From assembly GCA_903824855.1 (NCBI GenBank), contig CAIJYI010000037.1:18684-82683 (forward strand): DNA of 64,000 bases, read 5' to 3'. The notes beneath the pieces were generated by a model that saw only the letters and a program-made list of their open reading frames with translations, had not been told where the DNA came from and ran no database searches. The position numbers and the translations under genes are program-made. The DNA is from an uncultured bacterium (GTDB lineage: Bacteria; Patescibacteriota; Minisyncoccia; Phycocordibacterales; CAIJYI01). Positions 19,368 to 28,940 of this stretch are shown here, piece after piece (positions within the stretch are counted from its first letter, which is position 1; each line of letters opens with the position of its first letter).

Positions 19368-20909
19368 TTACTGATCTTGTGTCCACTGAACGAATTTGTA
19401 CGTATCTTCTGTGTACGGCGTCATCGGTGGTGGATCATTAAAGAGGGTTGAATCGTAATTATCAATACGCGTATTATACCCATTAACATTTCCCCATTTT
19501 GTTCCTACGCGCCCGTTAGAAACAACCGTGCCGTAGATATTCATCTGGTTCTGAAAAGCACAACCACTATATTTACTCGCGAGGCCGCAACTTGTATCAT
19601 AATAATCTCTTCCGAAATAACCAAGCTGTGCGATAAAAATTCCGTCGGCACTGAGATTGTCAGGGGAATCAGGTGGCACTTTTACTGAGTTTTCAGCGAG
19701 AGCTGTTAAACCATCGGCCGTACCATCTGATGGAGTATAATTTATACTATTCCGAATATAAATATTTGGATTTTCTGAGGAAGTACTACTTGCAGCAATA
19801 ACAGAAATCTTTCCATTAAGATTGCCTTCCAACCAAACATTATCATCAAAATATAATAATTTACAGCTTGTTGGAGGAGCAAAAGTTCCAATGAGGCTTT
19901 GTGCGGTTCCACTTGGCGTATAAGGACAAATTCCATTTGAACCGGAATTGGAAATTACACTGTTTTCGCTTACTTTATGAGCGCAATCAGCGATTCCGTA
20001 AGACACAGGAACCCCGGGAACACTCTCAGTGGAAAGCACTTTATATAATGTAAAAGTTCCTTCCGGGTTGAATATTAAATGATAACCTAACGTCATCGCA
20101 GAACCGGGATTTGTTCTTGGAAAATAGCATCCGAGCCCTTGTCCTGCGTTGCACACACCCGGAGTAGTAGAGGCAACATTTTTCCGATAAATATCTGTCA
20201 GGTTTTGCGAAATAATAGTAAAATCAATCTGAGGAACTGGAGACTTCCATAAATTAGACCCGGCACCAGTACCGCCAGAATCATGAGTTACACCTGGGGC
20301 ACTTGATTGGACGGGGGAACAATAACTAGAGCTACAATTCCAGGTAGTCTGAGCAGAGGTGACAGAAGAATAATTCGTTCCTTCAAAATCAATACCGCCA
20401 TTTGAATGATACGGGCCATAGATGATACGATCGTTACCCACGAGAACATTTGAATTAAGAATATAACTAAAATTAGAAACAGACGGGCGCATGTAGCGTC
20501 CCGTAATTGTTTTTTTTATTTCCGGATGAGCATTCGTCCAAGCAGTAGAAACAACGTCTACTGACATAAGTGACCCACATTGATAATTTCCAGAAATTGC
20601 TAAGGAATATTTGCCTATGGCACTTCCTTCAGGATCAAGAAAATCATGCACATACGGGCCGGTGTGGCCTGTGCCATCTTGGATATCATTAGGATAATGT
20701 CCTAGCCGCCATCGATAATACTCAAGACCGGCTTCCGAGATAGTTAACGCTTTAGATCCTTCCTCTTTAGAAACTTCTACCTTTTTTTGCATAAGAGAAA
20801 CATCAACAAGCCCAATGAGCACAAAAACAAAAACAGCGATAAAAACTAAAGCTGTTATTGAAAGAACGCCGGAATGAAAAGAACGCTGTAATAATTTTAT
20901 TTTTTGCAT
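19368..20909 (-). CDS. Membrane-anchored extracellular Cys-rich protein, pilus-associated by context
   Basis: N-terminal TM segment VLSITALVFIAVFVFVLIGLV. The long extracellular portion has many Cys and Gly/Ser/Thr. It lies between a pseudopilin and a pilin. Confidence 0.6.
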   Translation of the reverse strand: MQKIKLLQRSFHSGVLSITALVFIAVFVFVLIGLVDVSLMQKKVEVSKEEGSKALTISEAGLEYYRWRLGHYPNDIQDGTGHTGPYVHDFLDPEGSAIGKYSLAISGNYQCGSLMSVDVVSTAWTNAHPEIKKTITGRYMRPSVSNFSYILNSNVLVGNDRIIYGPYHSNGGIDFEGTNYSSVTSAQTTWNCSSSYCSPVQSSAPGVTHDSGGTGAGSNLWKSPVPQIDFTIISQNLTDIYRKNVASTTPGVCNAGQGLGCYFPRTNPGSAMTLGYHLIFNPEGTFTLYKVLSTESVPGVPVSYGIADCAHKVSENSVISNSGSNGICPYTPSGTAQSLIGTFAPPTSCKLLYFDDNVWLEGNLNGKISVIAASSTSSENPNIYIRNSINYTPSDGTADGLTALAENSVKVPPDSPDNLSADGIFIAQLGYFGRDYYDTSCGLASKYSGCAFQNQMNIYGTVVSNGRVGTKWGNVNGYNTRIDNYDSTLFNDPPPMTPYTEDTYKFVQWTQDQ

Positions 20910-20945
20910 AATTATGATAATAGTATACTACGAATTCGGCTTACC

Positions 20946-21551
20946 CTAAAGATTTGATTTCAAATTTCGTAATGTTGCGCTCGTACGCAAAGTAAATTCA
21001 TTCGGCATTGTTGCCGGGTTTACGTTCACGACAAGTTTAATCTGTATCCAACGGATATTAATAAGAACGAAAGGGCTATTCATTTGTGCTCCGGTTGTGT
21101 CGTAATAAGTAAAAATATTCACGTTATTTTCGGCGTTTCTTACATATTGAGCGACGGTAGTAATTATTTCACTTCCTGAATTATAAACAGACGGAATACC
21201 TACTGGTTTTATTATACCTCGTTGGAAGTTATTTCCGCTCAAAAAATAACGAACGCGCTCAATAGTTCCATCTCCGTCTATATCTGAATAAAAAGTAATA
21301 TTATTTACATCTACTGCTTCTAAAGGATATGCACCGGAGGCAGAATATGCCGCTTCCCTCAACGAAGTAACCATAGAATTAAGACCTATTCGAGCGCTAT
21401 CAAGCTGATTTATTTGTTCAAGTGTATAGCGATTCGTTTGATAAAAAGTTATCAAAGCATTTGAAATGACCACCATGGAAAAGGAAAATATAGCAATATA
21501 GATTATTGTTTCAAGTAAGGTCATTCCTGCCATTATATTTTTTTTGTTCAT
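20946..21551 (-). CDS. Pseudopilin (minor pilin)
   Basis: MNKKNIMAGMTLLETIIYIAIFSF has the G-M-T-L-L-E prepilin cleavage motif. Confidence 0.7.
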   Translation of the reverse strand: MNKKNIMAGMTLLETIIYIAIFSFSMVVISNALITFYQTNRYTLEQINQLDSARIGLNSMVTSLREAAYSASGAYPLEAVDVNNITFYSDIDGDGTIERVRYFLSGNNFQRGIIKPVGIPSVYNSGSEIITTVAQYVRNAENNVNIFTYYDTTGAQMNSPFVLINIRWIQIKLVVNVNPATMPNEFTLRTSATLRNLKSNL

Positions 21552-21565
21552 AGATAGAGATGTTT

Positions 21566-24500
21566 TTATTGTTGGTTCATCTCAAAGTAGAGATGCGCTG
21601 TCTGATTACCAGATATTGGTGCGGTTGTATTCAAAGAAACTGAGGTTCCCGATGCGGGGGTAGTACTGTTTCGTTTTATGAGAGCAAACGTACCGTCGCT
21701 CGCTACGTATGAGTCATGTTTGGTTTGATTTGTTCCGGCAGTAGGAGAAGTATTCGCATTTTGGTCTGCGTAAATAAGCCAACCCCATGATTTGTTTGTA
21801 GTGGAAACGTAAGTATCACTTACAACTCCTGAAACATTTCTTCCTCCTCCGATTGAACCTACCGGGTCACTCGTTTTAGCACCCGTAACAACGAGTACAT
21901 TCATCATGACATCATCGCTGTTTGACTGTGTAATACTTACGGTCATGGACTGCGACGTTGTGACGGTTGCGGTATAAAGAGTTACAACAGAATCTGTTCC
22001 TCCGCCGTTTCCATATGTACCCTGTGGTACGTAAGAGAGATGAGAAGAGCGATTGTCAGTTATCGAAGCAATAGCGCGGTCTGAACTAATAGCGATATAA
22101 AGAACAGAGTTTACTGGAGGAGTAAATGAATTTGATGTGATTGTTTTTCCGCTCGTCTTTACCGTCGCAGGTGTAGAATTATCAAGCGCGAGTGGAGCGG
22201 TTACTGTTATTACAAGTGTGGCCGTTCCTGTACCCCCTGCATTCGTTGCGCCGATAGTAACACTGGTAACACCGGAGGAAGTCGGGGTTCCTGTTATGGA
22301 ACCATTGGATGTATTTACAGAAAGTCCATTCGGAAGATTTGTTGCACTAAACGATGTTGGATTATTTGTGCCGGCAATAGTATATGTTGAAAAAGCGCTT
22401 CCAATTTCCCCTGATGCAGTAAGAGGACTATTTGTTATAACAGGTGGCTGCGGATTAATTGTAATGACAAGTGTCGCTATTCCACTCCCCCCGGCATTAG
22501 TTGCGCTGATGGTAACGTTTGAAATTCCAACAGTCGTCGGCGTTCCGGTTATAGCACCGGAAGATGAATTTACAGAGAGACCGGCTGGTAGAGATATGGC
22601 GCTAAAGAATGTTGGACTATTTGTACCGGTAATAGCGTAGGTAGAGAAAGAATTCCCTACGACACCCGTCGCGGTAAGAGGATTATTCGTAATAACCGGT
22701 GCTGGCGGTACCACAGTAATGGTATCGCTCACGCTCGTTGAGCCACCGGATCCAGCACACAAAAGCGTATAGTTAGAGGTGACCGCAGGAGAAACTGTTT
22801 GAGTTCCACCTCCAACATTTTTTGATCCAGTCCACGAGCCGGAAGCGTTACAAGAAGTAGCATTTGTAATATCACTCCATGTAAGAACAGAAGAACCTCC
22901 AAGTGTTATCGTAGTCGGGTTCGCCGTAAGAGAAACTCCCGGGGGAGGAAGGCTCGTTCCGGTAAAGGTAATTGTACGGTAGGAATAGTCCAAAACATCT
23001 ACATTCATAATCGTTGTTGTACTGGTGTATGGAGGTGCGCTCACATCAAGTGAGTATGGATTTCCGTTTGTAAAAGTTCCCGCAGAAAGTCCATTCCAAA
23101 ACACCTGTCCGCAACGTAAACCTGTTTTTTTATAATTACTAAAAGCTGGAGATGCTCGGTATATTTTTACAAGAGCATTAGAAATACTATTACCGGCACT
23201 ATTTTTCACCCCAATGAGAATTGAGTTTGGATTCGTTGTTGTTGCGTTTATATACACATCGAGATCTGACTCCGGGTTAACGTTAATTTTTGGAAGAGAA
23301 GATTCCGGAGCTCCACAAATTTCAGAAAGTTCATAATTTGTTTTTGTGACTGAATACAAGTCAGATTCAAGAGAAGACGTCGCGTATAATCCTGAGGAAT
23401 CAGCGGAAAAAATTTGGTTTAGTTTATACACCGGATTATTCCCGGAATCAGTTCCCATTGTTTTCGTTCCAGCCATAGTGAAACTAAAGTCTGGTCTCAC
23501 CGTTTGAACAAGATAGGAAATCTGCCAGTCAGAGATTGAAGGAGTGACGGATGTATCGGACGTACTTTCTGAAATACCGACACTCAATGATGTATAACTG
23601 GCATCGAGTAACGATAAATCTACCGGTGATGAAGAAAACCCTGTTACATTTCCGGTAAGCGCAGTGTCCGGGATAAGAGTGGGGGTTCCTCCATTGTTAT
23701 AATAAAGATGGACAAAGTAATCTGTATTTGCGGGTGTATTAGCATTCCAAGATAAAGTTTTCCATTGATAGAAATCGGTCGGTGCAACCCAAATACTTCT
23801 CGCTGTTCCACTTGAATTGTATACGCCTGAATTGTTAGTAAGAACGAGGTTTCCTCCTTTTGTTTCAATGGAGGAATTAGAGGCAAGTTTTGAGGCATCA
23901 GAAAAGGAGTCATTCCATGCTCCATCGACAGGGGTATTGAAAAAATGTATTGCAAGGTTGCTTACCTTATCAATCTGAAAACTTATTGGGTTCACATTAT
24001 CATCAATGGATGTAAAATGACCCGGATTTGGATTCGGAAGTCCCGCAGAAATATCATATGTTTTGGCGGTGTTATAACCCGACTTAGTAACAGTTATCTG
24101 ATATCCGGCTCCTGGCGGTACGCCATTTTCATACCACACACCGTCGTCATTAGTTATACGATCAACAGACAAAACTCCCTGTTTGTAAATATGGATATTT
24201 GCTCCGGATACAGGACCGGAGCCGCTAAATATAGTGAATTTAAAAACGCCACCAGGAACATTCGTTTCAAGTCCTTTTGGTGCAATATTGGTTATAGAAA
24301 AAAAACTAAAGGTTTGTCCACGGAAATCCCAAGAAACTTCGACTTTCACTTGTTTATAATCAGTATTTATCGTATCGGCTGGAGCAACACCATCCGCCGG
24401 GTCATCAACCCAAAACACCACATTTCTTCGCGTATATTGAATGCCGTTTAATAAAACACTTGATCCCGACTCAACTTGCGGCACAGTACCTGAAGGATTA

Positions 24501-24721
24501 CCCATCACAACTCCAACACTCGAAAAGGGTAAACTTCGCATATATTCAATTTGTTCATTAACAAGAGCCATAGCACCAAGCCTGGCTTTATTCTGAGCAA
24601 TATTCGACAATGAAGAAGTGAGGACACCATAAAGTCCAACAAATCCGGTTACAAAAAGAAAAATCCCGATTAATGCATCGATTAATAAAAATCCTCTTGA
24701 TTTGTTTTTTGGGAGAAACAT
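21566..24721 (-). CDS. Giant pilin-like protein (1051 aa) with tandem Ig-like (He_PIG-type) repeats
   Basis: N-terminus KSRGFLLIDALIGIFLF is pilin-like. Two tandem repeats of about 83 aa have the pattern LPxGLSVNxSxGxITGTPT..GxxxVTIxATNAGG. Confidence 0.7.
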   Translation of the reverse strand: MFLPKNKSRGFLLIDALIGIFLFVTGFVGLYGVLTSSLSNIAQNKARLGAMALVNEQIEYMRSLPFSSVGVVMGNPSGTVPQVESGSSVLLNGIQYTRRNVVFWVDDPADGVAPADTINTDYKQVKVEVSWDFRGQTFSFFSITNIAPKGLETNVPGGVFKFTIFSGSGPVSGANIHIYKQGVLSVDRITNDDGVWYENGVPPGAGYQITVTKSGYNTAKTYDISAGLPNPNPGHFTSIDDNVNPISFQIDKVSNLAIHFFNTPVDGAWNDSFSDASKLASNSSIETKGGNLVLTNNSGVYNSSGTARSIWVAPTDFYQWKTLSWNANTPANTDYFVHLYYNNGGTPTLIPDTALTGNVTGFSSSPVDLSLLDASYTSLSVGISESTSDTSVTPSISDWQISYLVQTVRPDFSFTMAGTKTMGTDSGNNPVYKLNQIFSADSSGLYATSSLESDLYSVTKTNYELSEICGAPESSLPKINVNPESDLDVYINATTTNPNSILIGVKNSAGNSISNALVKIYRASPAFSNYKKTGLRCGQVFWNGLSAGTFTNGNPYSLDVSAPPYTSTTTIMNVDVLDYSYRTITFTGTSLPPPGVSLTANPTTITLGGSSVLTWSDITNATSCNASGSWTGSKNVGGGTQTVSPAVTSNYTLLCAGSGGSTSVSDTITVVPPAPVITNNPLTATGVVGNSFSTYAITGTNSPTFFSAISLPAGLSVNSSSGAITGTPTTVGISNVTISATNAGGSGIATLVITINPQPPVITNSPLTASGEIGSAFSTYTIAGTNNPTSFSATNLPNGLSVNTSNGSITGTPTSSGVTSVTIGATNAGGTGTATLVITVTAPLALDNSTPATVKTSGKTITSNSFTPPVNSVLYIAISSDRAIASITDNRSSHLSYVPQGTYGNGGGTDSVVTLYTATVTTSQSMTVSITQSNSDDVMMNVLVVTGAKTSDPVGSIGGGRNVSGVVSDTYVSTTNKSWGWLIYADQNANTSPTAGTNQTKHDSYVASDGTFALIKRNSTTPASGTSVSLNTTAPISGNQTAHLYFEMNQQ
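22190..22700 (-). repeat. Tandem repeat of about 250 bp in two copies inside the giant pilin-like gene, encoding Ig-like domains
   Basis: The antisense track ORF 22137..22640 shows the same two-unit periodicity. Coordinates are approximate. Confidence 0.6.
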
Positions 24722-24760
24722 GTGTTAAAAAGTCAAAAGTCTGTAAAAAATTACAATCGA

Positions 24761-25975
24761 TTACATGCTCGCCGTTAATTTATACATCGGCGTAATCATA
24801 GCAATAGCAAAAAATCCGACAGCGCTCGCTATAAAAAGCATGAGAATCGGCTCAATAACGGTGGACAAATCTTTAGTAACAGTTGAAACTTCGTCTTCAA
24901 AGAAGACTGCAATTTTTTCAAGCATCGTCGCAAGTTTACCCGTCTCTTCACCAACTTGCATCATTTCTCCCACCAACAGCGGATATATATCTTGATTTTC
25001 TAAAAATACAGAGGAAAGCGGGATACCTTTTTGAACGGTATCTTTCGCTTTTGCCAGAACCTCTTTGTAATAAGAATTCTGCATAACATCTTCGGTAATA
25101 TCCAAAGCCTCTATGACAGTGACACCGGAAGAAAAAAGAGAAGAAAGTGTGCGTGCTGTTTGAGCGGCATTGTATTGTTTAACGATACCCGAAATTCCCG
25201 GAATATGGAGGGCGACATAATCAGATAATCTCATCCCTATTTTTGTGCGTAACCCGAGAGTAAAAGCAATTACAAATCCTATGATACTTGAAATGGCGAG
25301 TACTGTATTCGCGACGAGGAAATCACTAATTATCATAATGATTTTAGTACTCATCGGAAGCTCCATATTGAATTCCTTAAAGGTAGAGGTCAATGTTGGG
25401 ACAACATAAATAAACATAATGATACCAATGATGATCATGGCGCAGAAAACGATAGTCGGATACATCATGGCGCTTTTCACTTTCTTTCTGAGAGTATAAC
25501 CTTGTTCCAACTGTTGTCCTACGACATCGAGCGCTTCCACAAGTTTTCCCGATTCTTCTCCGGCGCGCACCATAGAATTAAAAAGTGAAGAAAATACATC
25601 GGGATACTTTTTTAGCGCGGTAGAAAAGGGGTCTCCTTCTTCAATACTTTTCTTTAAAGAGAGAATTATCGATTTGAATTTAATATTAGTCGTTTGTTTT
25701 CCCAATATTTCCAGAGCACGAGAAAGTGCAATGCCTGAACTTATCATCGAAGAAAGATTTCTTGTGAAAATTATTTTATCGCGTAATTTTATACGCGTCA
25801 GCATCAGATTGATTTTCGTCAGGTCAAAGTTGGTCAAGGTTTCTTCTCTGGCAAAGATGACGGTAAGTCCTTTTTCCTTCATCATTTTCACGAGTTCACT
25901 CTTTCCCGCAGCCTCTGCTCTGTCTTCAACATTGCGACCTTCCGCTGTCTTTGCTATGTAATTAAATATCGGCAT
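24761..25975 (-). CDS. pilC: Type IV pilus assembly platform protein PilC (second paralog in window)
   Basis: GspF repeats (FSTALKKYPDVF, LSSVFLENQDIYP) and TM segments. It directly follows pilB. Confidence 0.85.
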   Translation of the reverse strand: MPIFNYIAKTAEGRNVEDRAEAAGKSELVKMMKEKGLTVIFAREETLTNFDLTKINLMLTRIKLRDKIIFTRNLSSMISSGIALSRALEILGKQTTNIKFKSIILSLKKSIEEGDPFSTALKKYPDVFSSLFNSMVRAGEESGKLVEALDVVGQQLEQGYTLRKKVKSAMMYPTIVFCAMIIIGIIMFIYVVPTLTSTFKEFNMELPMSTKIIMIISDFLVANTVLAISSIIGFVIAFTLGLRTKIGMRLSDYVALHIPGISGIVKQYNAAQTARTLSSLFSSGVTVIEALDITEDVMQNSYYKEVLAKAKDTVQKGIPLSSVFLENQDIYPLLVGEMMQVGEETGKLATMLEKIAVFFEDEVSTVTKDLSTVIEPILMLFIASAVGFFAIAMITPMYKLTASM

Positions 25976-26025
25976 AAATAAAAAATATAAAATGAATGTA
26001 CGAAAATTCAATAATGAAATGCGAA

Positions 26026-27780
26026 TTATTCCGAGATAACACGCAATATTTCCTCGATGGTGGTCAAACCCTGAACAGCTTTGAACATTCCATCTTCAAT
26101 CATGGAAACCATACCTTCTTTGATTGCCTGTTTCTCTATTTCATCCGATGAACCGCCCCTTAAGATTATTTCTTTGATGGTAGAGGACATTTTTAATACT
26201 TCATGAATGACCAAGCGCCCCGCGTATCCACTCTCACACTCAGTGCTCTTTTTCTGTTTGTAAAACGGAATGGTATCCCAGTTCTGATTTGCCTTAATAA
26301 TATTTTCTTCTTTTAACTGCTTTAATACTTTATCCATGTCTACCGTTTTTGAAAGTGAAGCCAATTCGGATTTCGTCGCAAAATATTTTTCTTTTGCTCC
26401 GCACAATCTTCGGACGAGGCGTTGGGCGACGACTACGTTTATTGTGGAAACAAGAAGAAATGGCTCTACTTCCATATCAATAAGACGAGGAATTGTCCCC
26501 GATGAAGAGTTTGTATGAAGAGTTGAAAGAACAAGGTGTCCGGTAAGTGCGGCATTTACGGCAAGAGAAGCTGTCTCGTGATCACGAATCTCTCCCACCA
26601 TGATAATATCGGGATCTTGACGAACAAGCGTGCGAATTCCTTCTGAAAAAGTAAAACCGATATCGGGACGGACTTGCGATTGATTGACTCTTGCCATTTG
26701 ATATTCAACAGGATCTTCAATGGTAGAGATATTTACTTCCGGAGTATTGAGCAAGTCTAAAATTGTATACAGGGTGGTTGATTTTCCTGAACCGGTCGGA
26801 CCCGTGACTAAAATCATTCCCGTTTTTTGTTTGGTTGCGAGATGGATTCGTTCGAGAGCTTCGCCATGAAAACCCAATCCTTCAAGAGAGAATCCTCCTC
26901 CTCCCTCTTTCAAAAGGCGCATAACTGTTTTTTCACCATAATACGTCGGCAAAATGGAAACACGAAAAGCAACGGAATTGGTCGCCGTCTCTATTTTAAA
27001 TCTTCCGTCCTGAGGAAGTCGCTTTTCGTCGAGTTTAAGATTTGAAAGTACTTTGAGACGAGCCGTGATACCGGAAGCGGTATTTTTCGGCAGAACCATG
27101 GCGTCATGGAGGATGCCATCGATACGATAACGAACAACCACTTGCTTTTCCATCGGTTCGATATGGATATCCGATACGCCCTGAAGAACGGCGTGATTGA
27201 GTAACGTGTCGACGATACGGACAACGGGCAAATCATGAGCGAGTTTTTTGAGGTCTTCTTCGCTTCTTTCTTCTCCTTCCAAAACATCAGGAATAGCGTG
27301 TAGTTCTTCAGATCCTTGTTTTATAATATCACCGAATTCAGCCTTTAAGCTTTTTTGGTACTGCAAAAGAACGCTCTTCATTGATTCCGTATCAGTAAGA
27401 CGAGGTAAAATCTTTAATCCGACTTTTTTCTTTACAAAATTGATTGCTTCAAGGTCATCGGTATCGAGCATTGCGACTTCGAGCGACTTCGCATCTTTTT
27501 TGAAGGCGATAATATTATGGTTGCGGGCAATCGGCTCAGGAATTAAAGAGAGAATTGAAGGATCAATCTTCTCAACTTTAAGATTAATAAAAGGAATCCC
27601 CATGATATACCCTTTCATTTGACGAAGATCATCGGCGGTGAGTTTTCCATCACGAACAAGTAATTCATCAAAGGTAACATCAGTACCTTTTACCTTTTTT
27701 TCCGCATCATCAATATCTTTAGCTGAAACTAAATTTGTATCAAGAATAAACTTTTTCAATTGATCAGCGTTCACGTGCAT
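26026..27780 (-). CDS. pilB: Type IV pilus assembly ATPase PilB/GspE family
   Basis: Walker A LVTGPTGSGKSTTL, Asp box and His box (LSTLHTN). N-terminal GspE_N-like region. Start taken at the MHVNADQL ATG. Confidence 0.9.
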   Translation of the reverse strand: MHVNADQLKKFILDTNLVSAKDIDDAEKKVKGTDVTFDELLVRDGKLTADDLRQMKGYIMGIPFINLKVEKIDPSILSLIPEPIARNHNIIAFKKDAKSLEVAMLDTDDLEAINFVKKKVGLKILPRLTDTESMKSVLLQYQKSLKAEFGDIIKQGSEELHAIPDVLEGEERSEEDLKKLAHDLPVVRIVDTLLNHAVLQGVSDIHIEPMEKQVVVRYRIDGILHDAMVLPKNTASGITARLKVLSNLKLDEKRLPQDGRFKIETATNSVAFRVSILPTYYGEKTVMRLLKEGGGGFSLEGLGFHGEALERIHLATKQKTGMILVTGPTGSGKSTTLYTILDLLNTPEVNISTIEDPVEYQMARVNQSQVRPDIGFTFSEGIRTLVRQDPDIIMVGEIRDHETASLAVNAALTGHLVLSTLHTNSSSGTIPRLIDMEVEPFLLVSTINVVVAQRLVRRLCGAKEKYFATKSELASLSKTVDMDKVLKQLKEENIIKANQNWDTIPFYKQKKSTECESGYAGRLVIHEVLKMSSTIKEIILRGGSSDEIEKQAIKEGMVSMIEDGMFKAVQGLTTIEEILRVISE

Positions 27781-27898
27781 ATATATATTATTATACACTA
27801 AAATAAAAAATCCACGCAAAAAAAACGTGGATAAAAATGGACAAAAAAAAGGATTCCTCTATAATGAAAAGATAAGTGTTTGAATACAACAAAAAAAT

Positions 27899-28255
27899 AT
27901 GGCCCAACAATTTGAAGCACCTGATTTATCAAATCTTCTCCCGCCAACCGGTGAAAATGACAACAGCATGAACACCCCGTCGGTTTCCGGTGTTGGTTTT
28001 AATGTACAGAACAAATCATCGGTTCGTTCGGCAAAAAAAATAGGCGCAATAACCAAAATGGTTATAAAATATTCCCGCGGAAAAATTGAAGACGAAAAAC
28101 AAGCAAATGTTGTTTTGATTGGATTTATAGTGCTAACCGTCATTATTTTGTTGTTTTCTTTATCCGGGAGCTCAAGTGGAGTAAAGAACGTCAAGTTTTC
28201 TCCAACCGTCCAGGAAGATATGCAAAATGCCGCCAAAACTCTTTATAAACAGTAA
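27899..28255 (+). CDS. Small single-pass membrane protein, hypothetical
   Basis: TM segment VVLIGFIVLTVIILLFSL. Immediately upstream of a pilin gene. Confidence 0.45.
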   Translation: MAQQFEAPDLSNLLPPTGENDNSMNTPSVSGVGFNVQNKSSVRSAKKIGAITKMVIKYSRGKIEDEKQANVVLIGFIVLTVIILLFSLSGSSSGVKNVKFSPTVQEDMQNAAKTLYKQ

Positions 28256-28262
28256 TTCAAAC

Positions 28263-28805
28263 ATGAAATTTTTTTACAAAGAGCAAAAAGGTTTTACTTT
28301 AATTGAGCTTCTCGTTGTTATTTCTATAATAGCACTGCTTTCCAGTGTCGTTATGTCGAGTACCGTTGCCGCCAGAAAGAAATCAAGAGACACTAAACGA
28401 ATCAGTGAACTACAAGCACTTCAAGTCGCGCTGGAATTATATCGTGATGATACCGGACATTACCCGAATAATGGCGCGAGCGGAACATTTGCGGGATGTT
28501 GGAAAGGCACAGCAAATTGGATTCCTGACGGTACAAATTATGACTGGTCAACGGGGTATATTTCTGAACAACCACAAGACCCTGCTGATATTTGTTGCTG
28601 GCCATGGGGAAATTGTGGAACAGCCGGAACTCCGGGAACTTATGAATATTGGAGTAATGGGCTACATTATCTCTTAGCGGCAAGATTAGAAGACACGGGT
28701 AATATTAACAGATCTGAGGTGACCGGAATTATTGACCCCCGAGATGGAGCTCTTTACTCGAGTAATGACCCATTGGGAAAATATGTTTTTGTACTTACTC
28801 AATAA
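28263..28805 (+). CDS. Type IV pilin (second major pilin candidate)
   Basis: MKFFYKEQKGFTLIELLVVISIIALLSS is a prepilin motif. The C-terminal region is Cys-rich (DPADICCWPWGNCG). Confidence 0.8.
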   Translation: MKFFYKEQKGFTLIELLVVISIIALLSSVVMSSTVAARKKSRDTKRISELQALQVALELYRDDTGHYPNNGASGTFAGCWKGTANWIPDGTNYDWSTGYISEQPQDPADICCWPWGNCGTAGTPGTYEYWSNGLHYLLAARLEDTGNINRSEVTGIIDPRDGALYSSNDPLGKYVFVLTQ

Positions 28806-28894
28806 TTTTTTGATAAAATGAATTTCGATTAGTGTATGACATAATATTTATCTTGAGTATGTCACGGGAGGCGTTAAATAATTTTTAAATACAA

Positions 28895-28930
28895 AAAAAC
28901 AATCATGAAAATTCATGATTGTTTTTTTGT
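28895..28930. terminator. Bidirectional rho-independent terminator
   Basis: Hairpin aaacaatcatga-aaatt-catgattgttt flanked by A- and T-runs. Confidence 0.75.
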
Positions 28931-28940
28931 AAATTGAAAG

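Noticed and set aside
22137-22640. 167-aa plus-strand ORF with internal repeats
   Set aside because: It is antisense to the giant pilin gene. Its repeats are the mirror of the sense-strand Ig-like tandem repeat. It is not an independent gene.
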